DNA of 32,000 nucleotides from Xanthomonas campestris pv. campestris str. ATCC 33913 (GTDB lineage Bacteria; Pseudomonadota; Gammaproteobacteria; Xanthomonadales; Xanthomonadaceae): NCBI RefSeq assembly GCF_000007145.1, contig NC_003902.1, positions 3,686,497 to 3,718,496 of the forward strand, read 5' to 3'. Shown piece by piece: positions 17,886 to 27,000 of this stretch (position 1 is its first letter; each line of letters starts with the position of its first letter). The notes under the pieces were generated by a model. It saw only the letters and a program-made list of their open reading frames with translations, ran no database searches and was not told where the DNA came from. The position numbers and the translations under genes were made by a program.

Positions 17886-18425
17886 CTAAAGTGGTTTAAA
17901 AATAGGCTCTGAGCATTCTTTGTATATGACCTTGCATTGAGCGCCATTATTATCCCTGCGGCATTCTTCGTTTGCATAACTTTCCGCTTCCTCAACAGAA
18001 GCCTTCCCGACAGACATTACGTTTCCGTTTAAATTAATTTCTCCAGAAGGCGTTTGAGGCTCTGCGATAGCTGCGCATTGATTGAAGTAAGTTAAAGTTA
18101 ATTTGCAGTTAGTTGGCCCCTTTTTAGCGCAAAGCGCTAATGCGTCGGCCTTAGCCTCAGACTTGGTTAGTCTGCCCGTTGGCACACCATAGTAGGGAGT
18201 GTTGTTGAACGTGCCAATCGCTACTGCCCCCCACGTTTTTATCCATTTACCACGTGGGCGCGAATCGGGTTGCTCAGACTGACCTTGTGGGATGGGCGCG
18301 CATGCAGCAACCCCTTGGCCACCAATGGGATATTGCCCTGGAGGGCAGTTGCCCTCCGCCAATGCATTGTCTACGGCTGCGATTGCCGTAATTAAAAATA
18401 AGAAATTGGCAAGTCTTAGCTTCAT
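17886..18425 (-). CDS. DUF4189-like secreted protein
   Basis: ATG 18425 (GAGG 10 nt upstream) gives a signal peptide MKLRLANFLFLITAIAAVDNALA. WGAVAIG...SEAKADALALCAKKGPTNCKLTLTYFNQCAAIA matches the DUF4189 pattern as I recall it, followed by a second Cys-containing repeat. Confidence 0.6.
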   Translation of the reverse strand: MKLRLANFLFLITAIAAVDNALAEGNCPPGQYPIGGQGVAACAPIPQGQSEQPDSRPRGKWIKTWGAVAIGTFNNTPYYGVPTGRLTKSEAKADALALCAKKGPTNCKLTLTYFNQCAAIAEPQTPSGEINLNGNVMSVGKASVEEAESYANEECRRDNNGAQCKVIYKECSEPIFKPL

Positions 18426-18502
18426 TATGGACATACCTCGCGATCTCACCTACGGTCCTATTTGAGTTTGCAAGAGACTATCGGTGACCACAGATTTGCA
18501 TG

Positions 18503-19642
18503 TCAAGAAGAAAGGCGGTCATTGCTGTCTTGACCCGCTATGCCTCGATAACCCGAGGGCTGCTGTACCACCGGGGGGGAGTATCCAGATGACACCCCAG
18601 GATTGCTCAGTCCAGCAAGACTTTCGGAACTGCGCGAGGTATCAGAATTTTTTGCAGGTGCAGGATACGATCCAGCTGGCTGACCCTGTGGCCCTGGACT
18701 AGCTGCACTGCCTCCACCAAATGCTGTATACGTCAAGAAGGTGCTCATATTACCCTGCCAAATCGCAGCGGCCAAAGTTGGCACGCTGATTATCAGCATG
18801 GTCATGATCAGTCCGATGCCGCCCTGCTGCAGGGCTTGGCTAGACAGTCCTTCCGCATTGCCCAATGTGATGAGTTGCGCAGCCCAGTAAGCTGCGGCCA
18901 CTTTTGCTGTGAATTTCAGTACCATCGCCGTGACTACCGATAGCATTGCCATCGAGAACAGCGTGCCGATCACGTAGAACAGCCACTTCTTGAACAGGTC
19001 TTTGGTCTGGTCGAAGATCAGTGCCAGGATGAAGATTGGCCCGATCCCGATCAGGAACGCCATAGTGAACTTGAACAACAGCAGCATCGCTCCAGCTGCC
19101 ATAGGCGGACTGGCGGTGCCGAAGCCCGCCATCAATACAGCGCGGCCTTTCTTCTCTATCGCCTCCGGATCGGTTGGGTCGACGCGCACCGCATCCAGCG
19201 CGGTCAGCGCCACCTGCGTGTAGGCAAGATTTTCGTCAATAGCATCGGAGGCGGTGCTGTCTTCATCACCCGTAAAAAGACCATGGATCTCTTTGTCCAG
19301 GTTTTGGGTCATGGTCTGGTGCAGCATTGCCCCGTTAACCCCGACAGCTGAAGCAAGGCTGATGATGATCGCGACCTTGCCGGCTTTGATCATGGTCGCC
19401 ATTGCACTTTCACGCGACTGCCCGGTTGCGATGCGATAGCCCAGAATCAGTACCCACAGAGTGGTCACTGTCAAAGCGATCGTACTGACCCACCTCATAG
19501 CGCGGCTCATCAACTCCATGCCGAACTCTTGAATCTCGTTGCTGAAGTAGTCGTTGACCAGTTTGAAGAAAACGAACTCACCGAGGCCGATATCCGCCAA
19601 AGGCTGCAACCAGTTCATCGCTCCGTGGAGAATTGCGTCCAT
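18503..19642 (-). CDS. type IV secretion system protein VirB6/TrbL family, with Pro/Gly/Ser-rich C-terminal tail
   Basis: 379 aa, polytopic (at least 5 TM segments). The central periplasmic loop and general pattern are those of TrbL/VirB6. Follows a VirB5/TrbJ-like gene by 31 nt. Confidence 0.7.
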   Translation of the reverse strand: MDAILHGAMNWLQPLADIGLGEFVFFKLVNDYFSNEIQEFGMELMSRAMRWVSTIALTVTTLWVLILGYRIATGQSRESAMATMIKAGKVAIIISLASAVGVNGAMLHQTMTQNLDKEIHGLFTGDEDSTASDAIDENLAYTQVALTALDAVRVDPTDPEAIEKKGRAVLMAGFGTASPPMAAGAMLLLFKFTMAFLIGIGPIFILALIFDQTKDLFKKWLFYVIGTLFSMAMLSVVTAMVLKFTAKVAAAYWAAQLITLGNAEGLSSQALQQGGIGLIMTMLIISVPTLAAAIWQGNMSTFLTYTAFGGGSAASPGPQGQPAGSYPAPAKNSDTSRSSESLAGLSNPGVSSGYSPPVVQQPSGYRGIAGQDSNDRLSS

Positions 19643-19673
19643 TACCTTCTGCCTGTCTGTCGTGGTGTAGCGA

Positions 19674-20447
19674 TCAATTGGATAACGCGGCTTTCAGCGT
19701 TGCGGCCTGCACGAGCTGTCCCAGCGGTTTGAGCCAGCTATTTTGGTCGCCATCCAAAGCTTTTCTGGCCAATCGCGACTGATCTTCCTTGAGCCCGACG
19801 ATATAGCTGTCATATGCCGTCATCTGGGCCTGCCAGTAGTCCAGGTCCATGGCGTTTTGTGCTACGAAACGCTGAACTTCGTTATCGTTGGCAGCAAGTG
19901 CCCCTTGGCTGGTGCCACCTCGGTCGCGCTGCGCCTCAATCGCTTTAAACTGGTTGTTGCGTTCTATGAGGCGCTTGAGCATGCGTACCGACTCGTTGTA
20001 CTTGGCATTTTTTGCCAGCACCATGCGTGTGCAGACCTTCATTTGCTCCTCCACCATATTTCCTTTCATGTTGGGGGCGAGAGACTTGAATTGCTGGAGC
20101 ACCCCTGCGAGGCCAGTCTTTGGGGCACCCGGACAGTCGTCTTCCAGGCCATAGTCTTCTGGACGTTCGGCAAAGTTGTCAGCCATGGTGGACGTCCCTA
20201 GGTTCAGCCGCTGAAGCTTGATGAGCTGCTGCTGATAGTGATCCAGCTGCTGCTGATACTGCTTGAGCGTCTCGGTCCATCGCTTAGCCTGCTCTGCGTA
20301 CTCCTGTAAGGCCTTCGCCATCGATGTTGGGTCATTGACAATCACTCCCACTGCATTCGCGGGCCCAACACTAAGACCGGCCGCAAGCAACAAGCCTGCG
20401 GCGAGGCGTGAAAATGAAAGGCGTGAGCGGCGTGAGCGGTCATTCAT
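19674..20447 (-). CDS. VirB5/TrbJ-family T4SS protein
   Basis: Signal peptide (…LSVGPANA). The following VGVIVNDPTSMAKALQEYAEQAKRW and long helical Q-rich segments are typical of TrbJ/VirB5. Confidence 0.65.
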   Translation of the reverse strand: MNDRSRRSRLSFSRLAAGLLLAAGLSVGPANAVGVIVNDPTSMAKALQEYAEQAKRWTETLKQYQQQLDHYQQQLIKLQRLNLGTSTMADNFAERPEDYGLEDDCPGAPKTGLAGVLQQFKSLAPNMKGNMVEEQMKVCTRMVLAKNAKYNESVRMLKRLIERNNQFKAIEAQRDRGGTSQGALAANDNEVQRFVAQNAMDLDYWQAQMTAYDSYIVGLKEDQSRLARKALDGDQNSWLKPLGQLVQAATLKAALSN

Positions 20448-20967
20448 GGCGGGACTCGTCGGTCTTGTTGGTGCAGATGGATGGCGGGGATAGCAAAACG
20501 AGGGATATAGAGGGCACAGCCCGGAAGGCGATAGGCAGCCCAGGCAGGTGGTGGGGAGTCAAGCGCGTAACGCAATCATGAAGCGAGAGAATTTTTGTTC
20601 AGACACAGGCACAGCGACGAGAAAGACGCCGCCGGGGGTGCGGAGATGAGCGCCTGCTAGGGCCATTATCCTTATGTGCTATTGAGGCAGGTTGGGTCGA
20701 ACTCTGGCATAGGTCAAGGCAGATTGCCACTACCTGCTCCCCCTCCAGACCGTCCTCTCATCGTCTAGCGGCCGCCACCTCAAGGGACAAGGTTGCCTGG
20801 GTAGGAAAAATCTGACATCAGGGAACGGCAATTCCTCACCCTCTGCAATGGCGTGCCCGGTCGAGTCCGCACGATATTTGTCAACCGAGGAAAGCTCTGG
20901 ATCGCGTACCGTCGCAGCTGCCTGGACCGCAGGCGAGCACTCCCTCTTCGAGGGGAAAGGACATGTG

Positions 20968-21393
20968 ATGCGTAACTTCCAACGTACGGCAAAAGTGGCT
21001 GTGGGACTGCTAGGACTGGCACTGTCATACAGTGCGGCGGCATGCTGTCCGGATGTCGGTCATAGCCCTGCTGCTGCGACAACAGGGCTGGGGGCCAGTC
21101 GTCCCTCTGCTACTGATCTCTCGGCTGTCAGCACCTTGCACGTGTATACGTTCGAGCGAGACGGAATCCGCTATCTGCAAGTCAATGGCCCTAGTGGCGA
21201 TGTCCGAACTGCAATCGGGTGGATCGACGGTACCCGTTGGGTCATGCCGGTTGGTATCGATGCAGACCGCACCACGATCCTGGCGGCGGGTTCACGCCCG
21301 AGCGGTACAGTCGTATATGAAGGAGATGGTATGACGGTGCTGCTACAGACACTCCCGCGTGGTAACAGCTGGCTCATCGTACCTAAAAATTGA
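20968..21393 (+). CDS. small secreted hypothetical protein (141 aa)
   Basis: ATG 20968 with AGGGGAAAGG upstream. Signal peptide MRNFQRTAKVAVGLLGLALSYSAAAC. Its 3' end overlaps the convergent MASE1 gene by 51 bp. Confidence 0.5.
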   Translation: MRNFQRTAKVAVGLLGLALSYSAAACCPDVGHSPAAATTGLGASRPSATDLSAVSTLHVYTFERDGIRYLQVNGPSGDVRTAIGWIDGTRWVMPVGIDADRTTILAAGSRPSGTVVYEGDGMTVLLQTLPRGNSWLIVPKN

Positions 21394-22881
21394 TCGTGTC
21401 CCTGTTGGTTCGGAAACAAAGAAGCTGATCTTGCCCGTATGGTGGCGCCGGCAGGTGCCACCATACGGGCGCACCCTGCTTGCTGTGTTCTCAAGAGTGG
21501 TCCGACTGGCAGGCTTGCTCTCTGGCTTATCCCCGTAAATAGATACAGCAATGCCCTGGAGCCCGCGCAGTTTTCCGACCCTGGCCTTGATGGTATGACG
21601 CCTTGCTGGAGGCAGACAGGCAATCGCCTGCTGGGTGCATCTGTAGACGGCAAGCTGCAGCCCAACAGACAGTTGCATGGGATTGCCGCGAAGCATGACT
21701 GGGTGGATTTCTGTGTGACTGGAACTGGCGAAGCCTGGCGAACGGAAAACGTGATAGAGCCCATGCGTCTCGATCTCCAGCGGGTACAAAGCATTGATGT
21801 ACTCGTGCAGCATCTTCGATTGGATAGAGCCCGTACGAATCATCCGCATGGCGGCTTCATGTTGTCCGCGTGACTTGAGATGACTTTCGATGTCGCGGCG
21901 TAGTCGGTTCATCTGTACCTCGATGTCGACGTACTCGATCACGTGCTCGCGCAATTCCCGCTCAGCCCATAGGTAGCTCAGTTTTGCCGTATCCAATGCC
22001 TGTTGCTCGCCTCGCAGACGCAGGCGCACTTCGGCAAGGGTGCTGGAGATACGCGCGCCCAGCACGAATAGTCCCGTAGCCGTTGTTGCGAGCATCACCT
22101 GCACAACAAAGCCTATTGAGTCATAGGCTCCCAGCACACCCGTATTTCGCAGTGAAAATGCCAGAGCGGTATTCGCCAGCACAACGCCGATGGCCGCGCC
22201 CCGCCAGCCATGCAGCCAGGTGAGTAGAACGGCAGGAACGATCAGCAACGACATTAAGCCCAACCGTGCAACATTGCTTTGCGGCAGTGTTGCTAATGCA
22301 AAGATCAATGCAGTCGCCAGAACCGCCAGTGCGCAATGAGGCGTCAGGCGGCTGGGCGTCTCTTCGTCGTGGCGGCGCATCCATAGAAGCACCGGCAGGA
22401 CCACCATCAACATTCCGAGGTAGTCACCTACAGCGAAACGGGCGAACTTGACGCCGCTTATTGCCGACGAAGGTCCGTCGAGCATGATGTTGGTCCCCAG
22501 AGTGCAGAGCGCGCCCCAGACTGCCGTGACCAGAAGCATCGGAATCAGTGACGCTCCTGCGCGATGTACTGCCCCATACCTTGCCCGAATAGCAATAGGG
22601 ACCAGAGCAATGGCCGGGACTAGGATCCAGGGGCTTGCGTAGGCCCAGGTAGGATTGACACCGACACTGCTGATCGCGGGAACCCGAATCATGAGCAACG
22701 CCGCGACATCGCCCATCAGTATCCAAGGTAGCAAGCGAGAAGGGGCGAGCAGCAACGCTGCGATCCGAAGGCCAGCTGGCAGGTACCACTGATCCAGTGA
22801 GCAGTGCCAAGACAGTTGAAACGCCAAGCAGTAGGCCGTAGCGGTTAACAGGCCCTGCGTCACACTTTTCAGCCCTTCCAT
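21343..22881 (-). CDS. MASE1-domain membrane sensor with degenerate HisKA_3/HATPase-like C-terminal region
   Basis: Start chosen at ATG 22881; the ORF-track start at 22950 is TTG. The N-terminal ~290 aa are multi-TM in MASE1 style, followed by a coiled coil and a UhpB/NarX-like region lacking canonical H, N and G boxes (see finding). Confidence 0.55.
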   Translation of the reverse strand: MEGLKSVTQGLLTATAYCLAFQLSWHCSLDQWYLPAGLRIAALLLAPSRLLPWILMGDVAALLMIRVPAISSVGVNPTWAYASPWILVPAIALVPIAIRARYGAVHRAGASLIPMLLVTAVWGALCTLGTNIMLDGPSSAISGVKFARFAVGDYLGMLMVVLPVLLWMRRHDEETPSRLTPHCALAVLATALIFALATLPQSNVARLGLMSLLIVPAVLLTWLHGWRGAAIGVVLANTALAFSLRNTGVLGAYDSIGFVVQVMLATTATGLFVLGARISSTLAEVRLRLRGEQQALDTAKLSYLWAERELREHVIEYVDIEVQMNRLRRDIESHLKSRGQHEAAMRMIRTGSIQSKMLHEYINALYPLEIETHGLYHVFRSPGFASSSHTEIHPVMLRGNPMQLSVGLQLAVYRCTQQAIACLPPARRHTIKARVGKLRGLQGIAVSIYGDKPESKPASRTTLENTASRVRPYGGTCRRHHTGKISFFVSEPTGTRSIFRYDEPAVTTRECL

Positions 22882-23289
22882 GGGAATACCTTGAGTTTTG
22901 ACGACGCCAGAGCATACCTGAGCGGGAGCCGTAACGGTGTGGGTGACCAAGACCGGTACATGCCCCTACAGCCCAGTGAAACGGGTACGCCACAGATGCG
23001 CGGCAGGTATGTAGAGAGCCTGCTGCACAAACATGGACGTCCTTGCCCCCTCGGCTTGATCAGATGGACAGAGGCCGTGGCGGGGAGCGTGGAGTTGGCG
23101 GGAGCCCTGGAATGCAATTCGGCTTGGTCACGCGATGAGCAGTGTTCTTCGGTGACGAGGACGGCACCCTGTCACGCTGGGAAAGAGCGCTGCCGCCAGG
23201 CACGGCGTCCCAGCCAAAGTCAAAGCGTGCCATCATCACCACATCTAAGCGAGCACGTCATTTCAACCACTACCAGGGAGGTACTTGTC

Positions 23290-23610
23290 ATGAAGCCACG
23301 CACCACTGCCGCCACTTTCGCACTGGCTGCGGCTTTAGGCCTTGGCCTGAGCGCCCCAGCTCGCGCCCAGGCGCCTGATCCTTGCTCGGTCTTTCTTTGC
23401 ATGTCCAGCATGTCCGGCTTCGGCACTCCGTCTCCTGAATGTGCAGCGCCGATCGCAACCTTCCACGCCATCCAGGTATGGAGCCCGGCCTTCAACCCGC
23501 CGGCCACGGCGGCGGCACGCCGGGTATATCTGACGACATGTCCAGGCGCGACTGCACCGAATCAAGCCATCTTGGAAGCCATCATCGCGAAGTGGGGCTA
23601 TAGACCTTGA
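23290..23610 (+). CDS. TrbM/KikA-like small periplasmic conjugation protein (106 aa)
   Basis: GGGAGG lies 8-10 nt before ATG 23290. Signal peptide MKPRTTAATFALAAALGLGLSAPARA. The Cys pattern DPCSVFLCMS...PSPECAAPI...LTTCP resembles TrbM-family proteins from memory. Confidence 0.5.
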   Translation: MKPRTTAATFALAAALGLGLSAPARAQAPDPCSVFLCMSSMSGFGTPSPECAAPIATFHAIQVWSPAFNPPATAAARRVYLTTCPGATAPNQAILEAIIAKWGYRP

Positions 23611-23626
23611 CGGGCAAGCCTGCTGA

Positions 23627-23646
23627 CTCAGAAACATGCTTCTGAG
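23627..23646 (+). terminator. weak hairpin after the trbM-like gene
   Basis: CTCAGAA-acatgc-TTCTGAG, 7-bp perfect stem, 17 nt after the stop codon. No clear U-tract. Confidence 0.25.
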
Positions 23647-24070
23647 ACTTTGCGGGAATACCACCACGCCCCTGTTCGCGATGTGGATCGCGCATTGCCT
23701 TTCTGTGCGAATGGGTTCCTACGCATCGGCCAGTGGGAAGTGAACCCGCAACCTTTGTATGTTCGCCCGCAGGAAAGTGAACTCTGCAGCCAACTTTGAG
23801 TTTGCTGATACACCGCCTCCCAAGGCGGAAATCGTTGGCAAGAAATCACTATGGTGCGCCGGCCCGTGCGATCCAGCGCAGTGCGTTGAACATCGCGCGT
23901 AGCTCTTACTTACGCTGTGGCGCCTGCGCATCCATTAGTGTCAAATACGGCGCAGCAAAGGCCCATTCTTCTTCGGAAATGTCGGTTGGATGAGGCTTAC
24001 GAGGCTTCATCCGTATACGTTAGTGTGACAAGGGCAAAGTTCATAACACGCTCCAGGGGAAATCATTTTG

Positions 24071-27000
24071 ATGGATCAAGAAAGCATCATCCGGTACTGG
24101 CACGCGGTCGAGTTGTTGCAACCGCAATCAGCACCCAAGCTGAAAAAACGCAGTAATCGATACGAAGCGTTTATCCATGACACGCCAATTCAGCGCCCGC
24201 TGCTTCCGTGGACCCCGGAAAGTATCGTCAGTAAGCAGAAGCTGCCCAAAAAGCGCATATGGAGCCACACGCTCTATGCTCATCTTTACGACAGTCGTCT
24301 CGTTGCCGAGAAGCTCGATGCAATGTACGGCGCCGATCAGGGCTACCAGGAACCCAAGTTTCGCGAGTCAGCCGTGTTTGCGGCAAAATTTACGGCGGGA
24401 GGGCGACTGGTCGATGACAGTTTCGTTCTATCAAGCGAAGCGTGGTTTCTTGGGCGGGTGTTGACCGGCAAAGATTGGACTAGAGGGTTCGAGACCGACC
24501 AAAAGACCCTCAGGGAGCGCGCTAACAGTCAGTTCGAGGGGGAGGTATCAAGCGAAGGCTTGCGCGAACTGACTCACTGGACCCTCCAGTTCCTGGGGTT
24601 GGGGGACTTTTTTGGTGAGATGGACCACCATCTTTTTCGCTTTCGCTCACAACCAATCAAGCCCGACAAACCCGAGTCGGAAGACGATCCGCTGAACAGC
24701 TTTTTGCTGGACGATCTTGCAGATGTCGTCGATGCGATCTCCAGAGGGGTGAAAAGCGAACCACTGGATCAGTACCTGCGTCATCACGATCCAAAGCCTC
24801 GCCTGCATATGGACGATCAGCGTGCGTCGCTGCCATTGATGGGACGACTGATGCCGGATGCGTATGCCAGTAGCTGTTGGCCTACAGAACACCATTTGGG
24901 TCTAGTTCATTCCCAACAGCTAGCAGTCAACACAATCCAGTCCACTCTTGCCGATGGTCACGGGCTGCTTGGCGTCAACGGCCCACCTGGTACGGGCAAG
25001 ACGACGCTATTACGCGACCTGATCGCAGCGATTATTACCAGCCGCGCCGATACGCTTGCCAAGCTATGTCGCGCATCAGATGCATTCGCGAGCGATGGAC
25101 GCGAAGCTGCCAACGACGGTGGTAAGCAGCAATACAGTTACAAGCTAAATCCTGCACTTTATGGCTTTGAAATCGTGGTCGCTTCATCCAACAACGGTGC
25201 TGTGGAAAATGTCACGCTCGAACTGCCTCAGCGAGACAGGATTGATGAAAGCTGGTTGCCAGAAGCAGAGTACTTCGCCGAGCTGGGGGAGCTGGTCTCG
25301 GGCAAACCTGCGTGGGGATTGATTTCTGGGGCATTGGGGAGCAAGGCACGACGCAACAAGTTCGTCGATCGTTACTTCTATGGTCAGCTCCCGTTTGGCA
25401 GCGAAGACAAGGCTGCTGCGGAGGTAGAAGACGAGACTGAGGTAGAGCCTGATGAGGAAGTCGACAACATTGTGGAGGCACTCTTTTCGACTCCCTCTGC
25501 TGAGACGGAACACGCTGACGATAGCGAGAACCAGAACGAAGATGCACCACCCGAGGAGGACAAGGGCCCGAAGGGTTTTTTGGGCTGGCTCAATGTGAGT
25601 GTAGAAGCGAATGCGGACCGCTCCCCAGAGCAACGTCAAGCGTTGTGGCAGCAAGCTGTCTCTGATTACGAGGCGGTCAAGGCGGAAGAACGCAAAGCAT
25701 GCAATGACGCCAGTCGAATTCGTGAGCTGATCTTGGCTATTCTCAAAATCAGGAAGACGATTGCCGAAGACTCCGAAAAACTCCGAGCATTCGAACAGTC
25801 GCTGATTGAGGTAGCAAATAAACTCTCGCGCTTGGATAACGAGGAAGGTGGCCCCGCCAACATGGCGCTCAAGAAGTGTATTGACGCGCTTGAGAAGCTG
25901 CCAAAAAAGCCCGGTTTCTGGTCAAATTTATTCAGTCTCGGAAATGCTCGACGCGATTGGAGGACCGCTCGGAAACTGCTAGAAAGCCAGCATGACATCG
26001 CTAAGGCTGAGTTCGCGCGGATCACGCGCCTCACCCAACAACTTGATAGCGATAAGGCCCAGGTGGAAGGAAAAATCGCTGAAGCGCGTCGAGTGCTTCA
26101 GGGATCGCAGCAGCAGGACAAAACGCTTACGAGCGATGCCTTGGAACTCGCAACCACTCATCAGGCTGACCATCTGCTCGCTTGGTTGAAAGACAATGCT
26201 ATCGGGCGTGGGGATGTCATTGAACTGGCCGAGCCCTGGCGCATTGAAGGCTGGCGGAAGGCACGGGCGCGGGTTTTCATCCAGGCATTGAAGCTCCACC
26301 GGACGTTCTTCGAGCTGGAAGCTTCAAGACTGCGCTCTAATTTGTTCATGATTAACGGGATGTTGGGTGGCTCACGCTTTCAAGGGATGTCGCGCGCCGC
26401 AATCCGTTCGGCATGGGCTTCTTTGTTCATGGTCGTTCCAGTGTTAAGCAGCACTTTTGCATCATTCGCTCGTTCGTTTGGCTCATTGGGCGCAAGTGAA
26501 ATTGGCTGGTTACTCGTGGATGAGGCTGGTCAGGCCGCACCTCAAGCTGCAGTCGGTGCGCTATGGCGGTCCAGGCGTGCGTTGCTGGTTGGAGACCCTC
26601 TGCAACTCAAGCCCATAGTCACCGTCTCCGATGCAGTGCTAGAACACATGCGTACACGTTACGGCGTTGATGCGCACTGGATTCCCAACCAAAAATCTGC
26701 ACAGGTACTGGCCGACGAAGCCACCCCTTGGGGGCGCATGGCTGGGCCTGCCGGCGGCAAGTCTTGGGTAGGATTGCCACTGGTCGTGCATCGCCGCTGC
26801 GACAGGCCCATGTATGCACTCGCCAACCGTATCGCCTACGACGGAGCGATGGTGTATGGAACGATCGCGCCGCGCGCCGACAAAGAAACCCGCGCCAGTC
26901 TGCTGACAGGGTGGATACATATCAGTGGCACATCCGAAGGAAATTGGGTGCCTGCAGAAGGCCAAGTCTTACGAGACCTGCTCAAGCGGCTACATGGCGA

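Noticed and set aside
21171-22993. Alternative-frame ORFs 21171..21794 and 22424..22993 inside or around the MASE1 gene.
   Set aside because: They overlap the longer, TM-rich MASE1 frame and have Arg/Ser/Cys-rich shadow composition.
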